From NCBI GenBank assembly GCA_963719295.1, contig CAVRBV010000012.1, forward strand, positions 1,764-65,763: a stretch of 64,000 nucleotides of DNA, written 5' to 3'. Within the stretch, counting starts at the first letter, position 1; each line of letters begins with the position of its first letter. The position numbers and the translations under genes are program-made. Source of the stretch: Ilumatobacteraceae bacterium (GTDB lineage Bacteria; Actinomycetota; Acidimicrobiia; Acidimicrobiales; Ilumatobacteraceae). The notes under the pieces were generated by a model. It saw only the letters and a program-made list of their open reading frames with translations, was not told the origin of the DNA and ran no database searches. Positions 47,265 through 56,022 of this stretch are shown here, piece after piece.

Positions 47265-47828
47265 ATGACCATGACCGCACGACCGGCGCGCAACGGCGTC
47301 GACGTCCCCACCGTGTTCGCCACGCTCGACGCCGTGAGGGACACGCCTGAGATCGCCCAGGTCCAGTTCCGGGCGACCAACCGGTGGGTCGGGGGCGCCC
47401 ACAGCCGCTCGACGATCCACGACTTCCACGGCGCGATGCAGGAGATGACCCACCCCGAGCCGCGCACGTACGACGCCGACCACCCCGCGGTGCTCGTCGG
47501 CGCCGACAACGGACCGACGCCCGTCGAGTACCTGCTCCACGCGTCGGCTGCGTGCATCACCGCCGGCATCGCCAACATCGCCGCCTGTCGCGGGGTGGAC
47601 ATCGACGAGGTGAGCAGCACGGTCGAGGGGGACATCGACCTGATGGGCCGGCTCGGGCTGGACCGACCGTCCGCAACGGCTTCCAGAAGGTGTCGGTGAA
47701 GCTCGCGCTCGCGCGGCGCCGACCCGGAGGCGCTGCGACGCGTGGTCGAGCAGTCGTGTGCCCGTTCGGCGGTGCTCGACGTCATGACCAACGGTGTGCC
47801 GGTGTCGATCGAGGTCGACGCCGCCTGA
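47265..47828 (+). CDS. OsmC-family protein (frameshifts near 3' end)
   Basis: NGVDV, ADHPAVL.G.DNGPTPVE.LL...AAC, VEGDIDL. Confidence 0.85.
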
Positions 47829-47846
47829 GGCCTGCTCGGCACCGGC

Positions 47847-47887
47847 GTGTTCCGTGTGCCGGCCTTTGGCGCCGGCGCACGGAACAC
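47847..47887 (+). terminator. Hairpin downstream of the OsmC gene
   Basis: GTGTTCCGTGTGCCGGC / GCCGGCGCACGGAACAC stem. Confidence 0.5.
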
Positions 47888-47899
47888 ATCAGCTCGAGA

Positions 47900-49131
47900 C
47901 CCGCACCGTGCACCACCCTCCCACCACGCCGCCCCGGCCACCGCCCGACGCACGGCCCCGCGCCTCGTCCGGCCCACGACGTGGTCGTCGTCGGCGCCCG
48001 CCGCCGGCGCCTCGACCGCCATGCTCCTCGCCCGCGCCGGACTGTCGGTGCTGCTGGTCGACCGCGACCGACCGGGTACCGACACCCTGTCGACGCACGC
48101 GCTGATGCGCGGTGGCGTGGTCCAGCTCGACCGGTGGGGTCTCCTTGACCGGATCGTGGCCGCCGGAACCCCGCCGGTGCGCCGCACGACATTCCGCTAT
48201 CGCGACGGCGACGTGGCCGTGGCGATCAAGCCCTCCGCCGGCGTCGATGCGCTGTACGCCCCGCGCCGGACGGCGCTCGATCCACTGCTCGTCGAGGCCG
48301 CCCGCGCCCACGGTGTCAGCGTCCGCTTCGGCGTCGCCGTGACGGGGGTGTGTCGCGATTCGCTCGGCCGCGTCGTCGGGATCGAGACGCGCGACCCGCG
48401 ACGGCCGCCCCGCGACCGTGCGCGCTCGTCTGGTCGTCGGCGCCGACGGACGCCGCTCGACGATCGCCCGGGAGGTCGCCGCGCCGACCACCAACCGCGG
48501 CCTGCACACGAGCGCATTCGTGTACGGATACTGGTCGGATCTCCCCACCGACGGCCACGAGTGGGCGTACCGACCCGGAGCGACGGCCGGCTTCATCCCG
48601 ACCAACGACCGTACGACATGTGTGTTCGCCGGCGGCCCGCCCGCCCTCGTCGGCCGCGGTGGACGTGGGGTCCTCGACGAGCTGGTCGAGTGGTCCTCGC
48701 CCGAGATGGCCGAACGCCTGCGTGCCGCCACGGCGCCACCGTCGACGTGCACGTTCACCGGCCAACCCGGCTACCTCCGCCGCCCGTGGGGAGCGGGGTG
48801 GGCGCTCGTCGGCGACGCCGGGTCGTGGAAGGACCCGGTGAGCGCCCACGGGCTGACCGACGCCCTGCGCGACGCCGAGCTGCTCGCCCGCGCCGTCGTT
48901 GCCGTGCACCGGGGCGAGGCGACGGAGCCGGAGGCCTACGCGGAGTACGAGGCGACGCGCGACCGCCTGTCGGCTCCGATCCTCGTCGCCGCCGACGAGG
49001 TGGCCGCGTTCGGCTGGGACGAGGGCCGGATCGTCGAACTACTGCTCGACCTCAGCGAGGCCATGGGTCGCGAGCTCGAGGTCATCAACGGCCTCCGGGA
49101 GACCGCTTCCAGCCCTTGCTCGACGGCGTGA
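47900..49131 (+). CDS. FAD-dependent oxidoreductase/monooxygenase (start approximate, frameshifts)
   Basis: DVVVVGAR, DTLSTHAL, APRRTALD, VVGADG, GWALVGDAG. Confidence 0.82.
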
Positions 49132-49145
49132 CGCCGGAAAGGGTC

Positions 49146-49193
49146 GATCTGGTCACCCACGTTCTCGATATCGAGAATCTCGGTGACCAGATC
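49146..49193. repeat. Family A REP-like palindrome, copy 6
   Basis: GATCTGGTCACCCACGTTCTCGATATCGAGAATCTCGGTGACCAGATC between convergent genes. Confidence 0.9.
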
Positions 49194-49866
49194 GGGCTGC
49201 CCTCGCGCGGATCAGCTCCAGCGCGGCCGGCCAGACCAGGGCGAGGCCGGTGCCGATGGCGGCGCCGGCGACCACGTCGCTCGCCCAGTGCGCCGCCAGG
49301 TACGTACGAGCCATCGCCATCGTCGCCGCGAACAGCGCTGCTGCCACCGTCCACCGGGTCCGCCGTCGACCGGGTGGCACCAGCACCACCACCAGGGCGA
49401 GCGCGGTGACGGACGCCGCGATCGCGTGCCCCGACGGGAACGACGCCGAGTTGGTGTCGATCAGCGGATCGGGAGGCCGGGGTCGGTCGATCAGCGCCTT
49501 CAACGGCCCGATGCACAGCTCGGACGTGACGACGGCGCCGAGGAACGCTGCCGCCTGCAGCCAGCGTCGGCGGACGGCGAGCACCGCGAGGATCGCCAGG
49601 CGCAGCGGCACCATCACGACCACACTTCCGAGGAAGCTCACCGCTTTGGCCAGGTCGGTCAACCACGCCGTCCGGATGTCGATCATCCAAGCGAGCCAGC
49701 GATCGTCCGGTGGTTGCAGGATCGAGCCGGTGGGGTCGAGCCCCAAGACGATCGACATCGACGTCGCGATCGCCAGCAGGACGAGGCCGATGACGATGGC
49801 GTGGACCCGACGATGGAACATCGACGTCTCCTCCGGCGCCGACGCGGCCGGGGGCTCGCTGCTCAT
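49153..49866 (-). CDS. PAP2-family phosphatase
   Basis: KALIDRPRP, SFPSGH, ARTYLAAHWASD. Confidence 0.88.
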   Translation of the reverse strand: MSSEPPAASAPEETSMFHRRVHAIVIGLVLLAIATSMSIVLGLDPTGSILQPPDDRWLAWMIDIRTAWLTDLAKAVSFLGSVVVMVPLRLAILAVLAVRRRWLQAAAFLGAVVTSELCIGPLKALIDRPRPPDPLIDTNSASFPSGHAIAASVTALALVVVLVPPGRRRTRWTVAAALFAATMAMARTYLAAHWASDVVAGAAIGTGLALVWPAALELIRARAARSGHRDSRYRERG

Positions 49867-50036
49867 CGCGCCCCAGCCTGGCCCAAAGCGGGGTGCACAC
49901 GCTGATGTGGCCGATCGCGACGGCCGGGTTCGACACGCCGGCGCATCGGGACCCAGCATGACGACTCGTGCTGACACCGGCCTGAGGTGGCGGTCGGCCT
50001 CAGGACGGCCTCAGCGCCGGGGCGCACGATGTCAGC

Positions 50037-51626
50037 ATGGGTGGGTCGTTGCCGTCCGCTCGAACGAACCGGGACGTAACCGCGCTCCTGGGGGGGCTGG
50101 CCGTGCTCGCCCTGGGAATGCTCGCCGTCCGTCACGGTCGCGTCTCGGGCGCCGAGAAGTGGTCGTTCCACCGCATCAACGATCTGCCCGGATGGCTGTA
50201 CGGCGTGGCGTGGCCGCTGCAACAGATCGGCGCGCTGGCGGTGGGGCTGATCGTCGCGATCGTCGCCTTGGTGATGCACCGGCGGCGCCTCGCGATCGCC
50301 GCGCTCCTGGTCACGGTGCTCAAGCTCGTGTCCGAGCGGGGAGTCAAGGCGGTCGTCAGCCGGCAACGACCCGGTACGTCGATCGGTGCGGACGTGACCC
50401 TACGGGGCGACGTGCCGCTCGCCGGCGAGAGCTTCGTCTCCGGTCACGCCGTGCTCGTGGCCGGGCTGGCCGGGGTGATCGCGCCGTTCCTGCCCGGCCG
50501 GTGGCGCCTGGTGCCGTGGGCGGTCGTGCTCGGCGTGATGATCGGTCGGGTCTACGTCGGCGCCCACAACCCGCTCGACGTCGTGTGCGGAGCGGCGCTC
50601 GGGGTCGCCATCGCCGCCATCGTGCGCCTGGCCCTCGGCATCGGCAGCTCCGCACGGGGGTCGGCCACCGCGGAAGTCGAAAGCGGTTCGGTGGTCGCGC
50701 CGCCGACGGGCACGACGCACCTGGCGCGAGCGGTCGTGGTCGGCGTGCTGGCGTTGCACGCGCTGGCGGCCGTTCCGGTGGGCGCGGCATCGGCCGGCTC
50801 GCCCAGCACGCTCGACGACGACACCGTCACGGTCGCCTCGTTCGACTTCGCCGAGAGTCGCGTGCTCGCCGAGGTCTACAGCCAGGCGCTGGAGGCGGCC
50901 GGGTTCACCGTGCGGCGTGCGTACGGGCTCGGGCCGCGTGAGTTCGTCGGCCCGGCGCTCGACGCCGGTCTGGTGGAGCTGGTGCCGGAGTACGCCGGCA
51001 CGGCCGCCGAGTTCTACAGCGTCGGTGTCGCCGAGCCCGACGACGACGTCACTGCCACGCACGATCAGCTCGTGGCCGCGCTCGCCGGTGATCCCATCGT
51101 TGCCCTCGCGCCGGCGCCGGCGCAGGACGCCAACACGTTCGTGGTCACACGGACGACGGCCGAACGATTCCACGTGACCACCCTCAGCGATCTGGCCCAC
51201 GTCCACGCCCGGCTCACACTCGGTGGTCCGCCTGAATGCCCAGCTCGTCCGCTATGCCTCGTCGGCCTCGACGACGTGTACGGGCTGTCCTTCGACAGCT
51301 TCCTCGGCCTCGACGCCGGCGGGCCGCTCACGGTGCAAGCGTTGCGCGAGGGTCACATCGACGTCGGCCTGTTGTTCACCACCGATCCGATCCTCGACGA
51401 CCCGGACTTCGTCGAGCTCGCCGACGATCGCCGGTTGCAGCCGGCCGAGAACGTCACGCCCTTGATCCGCTCCGAGCTGGTCGATCGGTGGGGCGTCGAG
51501 ATCACCGATGTCGTCGACGCGGCGTCGGAGCGGTTGACGACCGAGGCCGTTCGCGGCCTGAACCGAGAGCTCGTGGACGACTCCTCCGTCGCCTCGGTCG
51601 TCGCAGCCTGGTTGGCGGGCGAATGA
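50037..51626 (+). CDS. PAP2 phosphatase fused to an OpuAC/glycine betaine-type substrate-binding domain
   Basis: N-term RQRP, SFVSGH, GRVYVGAHNPLD; C-term FAESRVLAEVY, PEYAGT, QDANTF, QPAENVTP; single open frame. Confidence 0.8.
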   Translation: MGGSLPSARTNRDVTALLGGLAVLALGMLAVRHGRVSGAEKWSFHRINDLPGWLYGVAWPLQQIGALAVGLIVAIVALVMHRRRLAIAALLVTVLKLVSERGVKAVVSRQRPGTSIGADVTLRGDVPLAGESFVSGHAVLVAGLAGVIAPFLPGRWRLVPWAVVLGVMIGRVYVGAHNPLDVVCGAALGVAIAAIVRLALGIGSSARGSATAEVESGSVVAPPTGTTHLARAVVVGVLALHALAAVPVGAASAGSPSTLDDDTVTVASFDFAESRVLAEVYSQALEAAGFTVRRAYGLGPREFVGPALDAGLVELVPEYAGTAAEFYSVGVAEPDDDVTATHDQLVAALAGDPIVALAPAPAQDANTFVVTRTTAERFHVTTLSDLAHVHARLTLGGPPECPARPLCLVGLDDVYGLSFDSFLGLDAGGPLTVQALREGHIDVGLLFTTDPILDDPDFVELADDRRLQPAENVTPLIRSELVDRWGVEITDVVDAASERLTTEAVRGLNRELVDDSSVASVVAAWLAGE

Positions 51627-51808
51627 CTGCGTTCCCCGGCCACGCAGGCCGTTCACTGCGTTCCCCGGCCACGCAGGCCGTTGCCGGCCGCTCCTCGGCC
51701 GGCGCCTCGTCGCTCGCACACGATCGGGCACTGACCCACCCGGAGCGTGGCTGGCCGCTCCTCGGCTGGCGCCTCGTCGCTCGCACGCAACCGATGGTGC
51801 ACCGATGA
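51623..51808 (+). repeat. Family B MIRU-like linker, copy 3 (expanded, 61-codon mini-ORF)
   Basis: Begins MTAFPGHAG; ATGA overlaps at both ends; internal 29-bp and 67-bp duplications. Confidence 0.85.
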
Positions 51809-54019
51809 CGGCGGCACCGATGGATCCGGCGATCGGCGCCGGAGTGACGGGCGTGTCCACGTCGTCCGTGCCGCCGAACGTGCGGCGCACGCCGGGCCAT
51901 CGTCGCCCGACCGGTGCGCCGCCGCCGCTGCCGCGGAACATCGGGCGGACCGGTCGGGCGTGGATCGTGGGACTGGTGGTGCTCGTCGCCTGGATGGTCG
52001 TGGCCCTCTTCTCGGCGCCCCTGCGTCGGCTCACCGATCGCATCGACACTGTGATCCTGCGTGCGGTCGCCCGCCTGCGGACGGAGTGGCTCGTGCAAGC
52101 GGCGCGGGGTGTCGACCGAGTGGCCACCGGATGGGTGATGTTCTTCGTCGCCATCGCCTTGATCATCGCGACGGTGGGGTTCAGGCGGTGGCGACACCTG
52201 TTCACGTTCCTCGGGAGCGTCCTCGTGCTCGAGGTGCTCGGCATCCTGCTGATCGCACGCGTACAAGCGGCCGCGGCCCTACGACGTCACCACGATCGGT
52301 CGCTGGCGCGGGTACTCGTTGCCCTCGGCGCCGGCGGCCGTCGTGTCGTTCACGGTCGTCGGCATCATCTACATGCTGGTCGTGCCCGGGCGCTCGCGCT
52401 CGATCGCCAAGATCCTCGGCACCTCCGCGATCGCGATCTGCGTCGCGTCGCGGATCTACCTCGCCGTGGACCACCCCTTCGACGCGCTGGTCGGCGTCGC
52501 CTTCGGAGTGGCGATCCCGCTCAACGCCTTCCGCTTCTTCACGCCGAACGAGGTCGTGCCGGTGACGCTGCACGGCGGGAAGACCGCGCACCTCGATGTC
52601 GGCGGTCGGCGCGGCGAGGCCGTGCGACAGGCGCTCGCCGACCAGCTCGGCGTGGAGGTGGTCGACATCAAGCCGGTCGGCCTGGCCGGCTCCGGCGGCT
52701 CGACGCCGTTGCGCATGCGTCTCGCCGGCGACCCGGACACCTATGTCTTCGGGAAGCTCTACGCAATGAACCATGTGCGGTCCGATCGCTGGTACAAGAC
52801 CGGCCGCACGATCCTGTACGGGCGTCTCGAGGACGAGGTGCCGTTCTCGACGGTCCGTCGCCTCGTGCAGTACGAGGACTACGCCCTGCGGCTGATGCGC
52901 GACTCGGGCATCCCGACCGCGGCCCCACTCGGCGTCGTCGAGCTGACGCCCGAGCGTGAGTACCTGCTGGTGACCGAGTTCTTCGACGGCGCGGTCGAGA
53001 TCGGCGAGGCCGAGGTCGACGACCAGATCATCGACGAAGGCCTCGCCCTCGTGCGACGGTTGTGGGACGCCGGCCTGGCCCACCGCGACATCAAGCCGGC
53101 CAACCTGCTGGTCAAGGACGGCCACCTCGTGGTGATCGACGTGGCCTTCACCCAGGTGCGCCCGTCGCCGTGGCGCGAGGCGGTCGACCTCGCCAACATG
53201 ATGCTGGTCCTCGCTCTGCGCACCGACGCCGAGCGGGTGTACACCCGTGCGCTGGCGTACTTCACGCCGGACGAGATCGCCGAGGCGTTCGCCGCCGCCC
53301 GAGGCATCGCCAGCCCCACGCAGCTGCGCTCGGACATGAAGCGCGACGGACGCGACCTGCTCGCCCAGTTCCGGGCGTTGGCGCCGGAGCGACAACCGAT
53401 CTCGCTCCAGCGTTGGGGGCCGCGGCGAGTGATCTACGCCGTCGGCATCGCCCTGTTCATGTTCCTGGCGCTGATGAACGTGTACGGCCTGTTCACACCG
53501 ACCGAGCCGGCGATCGCTGACACGCCGGCATGCGGCACCGAGACGGTGATGGTGCTGATGGCGCAGACCGTCCCGACCGCGACCGCGGTCCCCTGCGTGG
53601 CCGCTCTGCCCGCCGGCTGGTCGGTGGGCGGCGTGCGCCTGCAGCGCGGCATCGGGCAGTTCTGGCTGGACTCCGACCAGGCCGGCGGCAACGCCGTGCG
53701 GGTCGCTCTTCTCCCGCCGGGCTCGTGCCCGATCGACGAGGCTCGCGAGGTGCCGAGCGACGAGGTCGGCTGGCGCCGCTACGAGCGTGTCGTCCAGCTC
53801 CCGCCGGCCCTCGAATCGATCCGTACGTACGTGTCGCCGGGGGCCTGCGTGACGTACCGCTACGACTTCGACGACGACGCCAACGGGTCGGCGATCGTCG
53901 CCCTCGACGCCGCGCTCGCCTTCCAGCCGCGAGCCGATCTGGTCGCCGCGGTCGACGAGCGCAGCGGCCTGTCGCTGTGCGGCACCGAGGCACCGCCGTG
54001 TGTCGGGGGCCAGTGGTGA
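51805..54019 (+). CDS. Membrane protein: degenerate PAP2-like domain, protein-kinase-like domain and Cys-containing C-terminal domain (frameshift at about 52260)
   Basis: KRPRP/PSAP/SRIYLAVDHPFD; GKLYA, HRDIKPAN, VIDVAF. Confidence 0.75.
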
Positions 54020-56022
54020 TCGAATCGGGGTCGATCAGCGCCGCCTCGTGGCCCGTCCTGGTCGGACGCGGGTTCGCCGGCATCGCCCTCGCCGTGGGCA
54101 TCACGATCATCTCGTTGCGTCTGCTCGGCATCCGTCGCGGGATGGGGTACCGCGCTGCTCAGCGGCCTGCTCGGCTGGGGCCTCGCCGTCGTGGTGGCGC
54201 TCGGGCTCACCGGCTGGGACTGGGGATCCGACGGGCTGGTACCGCACATCCTCGCCATCGGGGTGCCGGCGACGATGGCCGCCGCCGTGGCGTTCGACCT
54301 GCTCGCCCGGCCCGGGTCGTTGGCGCTCGGCGAGCGCGCCGGACTCGTGGTCGCGCCCCATCCGCTGCGGGCGGTGCAGCAGCGGCTGTCGATCCTCCGG
54401 CGCTATCGGGAGCTGCTCCGGCTCGCCCGGCGCGAGGGCTTCACCCCCCGCGTCTCCAACCCCGACCGCGGTGGTGCCGGAGACAGCCAGGCCGTGAGGC
54501 TCCGGCGTGTGCTGGAGGAGGCCGGCGGGGTGTACGTCAAGCTCGGCCAGATCGCCGCGACACGCGCGTCGATCTGCTGCCCGCCGACGTGTGTGCCGAG
54601 CTGGCCCTGTTGCAGAACCGGGTGCCCCCCGCCTCGCGCGACGACATCGCCGCCGTGCTCAGTGCCGAGCTCGGTGAGGACTTCGAGCAGATGTTCGCCG
54701 AGTTCGAGTGGGAGCCGTTGGCGGCGGCGTCGATCGGACAGACCCATCGCGCCCGCCTGCACTCCGGTGAGTCGGTGGTGGTCAAGGTTCAGCGCCTCGG
54801 CATCGAGGTGACGATGGAGCGCGACCTCGCGGCGTTGGGGCTGCTGGCGAACCTCGCCCAGCGGCGCACGTCGTTCGGCAGCGTCGTGCGCTCGGGCGAG
54901 CTGCTCGCGCAGTTCGCCGAGGGGCTGCGCGCCGAGCTCGACTTCCGGCGCGAGGCCGACGCGATGACGGAGATGGCCGCCCGCCTCGACGGCGCCCACG
55001 TTCGCGTGGCCCGCCTGCATCGCAGCCTGTGCACGCGTCGGGTCCTCGTGCAGGAACGCTTCGACGGCCAGACGGTGTCGAACCTCGGGCCGCCGAAGGC
55101 GGCGTCCGGCGCCGAGTCGCCGGATGCCGCCGTCGGTGGCGTCGATCGCGCCGAGCTGGCGAACCGCCTGCTGCTGTCGACCCTCGACCAGGTGCTGCGG
55201 CTCGGGTACTTCCACGCCGATCCGCACCCGGGCAACGTCTTCGTGCTCGCCGACGGCTCGCTCGGGCTGATCGACTTCGGCGCCGTCGGGCGCCTCGATC
55301 CGATCCAGCAGGGCGCGATCGCCGACATGTTCCTGGCGCTCACACAGCGCGACGTGAGCTTGCTGCGCGACGCCGTCGAACGGATCGCCGAGCTCGGCGA
55401 CACGGCGACGCCGGACGCCCTGGAGCACACGCTGGCGCGGATGATGGCCGACCACGTGCGGCCGGGCGGCACCATCGATCCCGACCTGATGCAGGAGATG
55501 GTCAGCACGCTGGCGCGCTTCGGCGTGCGCCTGCCCACCGACATCGTGCTGTTGTCGCGGGCGCTCGTCACGGTGGACGGCACGTTGCGGGTGCTGTCGC
55601 CGGGGATCTCGCTGATGTCCTCGGCGATCGAGGTGCTCGAATCCCCGGCCGGGAAGGCGATCGTCGACCGCGACCGGCTGGTGCGCGACGAGCTGCTGGC
55701 GATGCTGCCACACGTCCGCCGCCTGCCCGAGCACGTCGATCGCATCCTCGCCCTCACGTCGCGCGGCGAGCTGCAGATGCGGACCGTGTTCGGCGAGGAT
55801 GCGCGACGCACCATTCGCACGTTGGTCAACCGCACCCTCCTCGGTGGACTCGGCGCGGCGCTGCTGTTCGTCTCGGCGATCCTGCTCGTCGCCGATGACG
55901 CCGGGCCGGCCGTCGCCGACCGGACCGGCCTGTTCGAGCTGTTCGGGTACGGCGGTCTGCTCGTCGGGATCGTGCTGGTGCTGCGGGTCGTCGCCGCGGT
56001 CATACGGGACGGCACGACATGA
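54016..56022 (+). CDS. ABC1/AarF/UbiB-family atypical kinase with extra TM segments (frameshifts)
   Basis: YVKLGQ, AAASIGQ, VVVKVQR, ELDF..EA, HADPHPGN, LIDFG. Confidence 0.88.
   Translation: MIESGSISAASWPVLVGRGFAGIALAVGITIISLRLLGIRRGMGYRAAQRPARLGPRRRGGARAHRLGLGIRRAGTAHPRHRGAGDDGRRRGVRPARPARVVGARRARRTRGRAPSAAGGAAAAVDPPALSGAAPARPARGLHPPRLQPRPRWCRRQPGREAPACAGGGRRGVRQARPDRRDTRVDLLPADVCAELALLQNRVPPASRDDIAAVLSAELGEDFEQMFAEFEWEPLAAASIGQTHRARLHSGESVVVKVQRLGIEVTMERDLAALGLLANLAQRRTSFGSVVRSGELLAQFAEGLRAELDFRREADAMTEMAARLDGAHVRVARLHRSLCTRRVLVQERFDGQTVSNLGPPKAASGAESPDAAVGGVDRAELANRLLLSTLDQVLRLGYFHADPHPGNVFVLADGSLGLIDFGAVGRLDPIQQGAIADMFLALTQRDVSLLRDAVERIAELGDTATPDALEHTLARMMADHVRPGGTIDPDLMQEMVSTLARFGVRLPTDIVLLSRALVTVDGTLRVLSPGISLMSSAIEVLESPAGKAIVDRDRLVRDELLAMLPHVRRLPEHVDRILALTSRGELQMRTVFGEDARRTIRTLVNRTLLGGLGAALLFVSAILLVADDAGPAVADRTGLFELFGYGGLLVGIVLVLRVVAAVIRDGTT

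Noticed and set aside
49153-49200. Repeat-derived C-terminal extension of the PAP2 protein
   Set aside because: The frame runs into family A copy 6, but a single indel could hide an earlier stop, so it cannot be supported.
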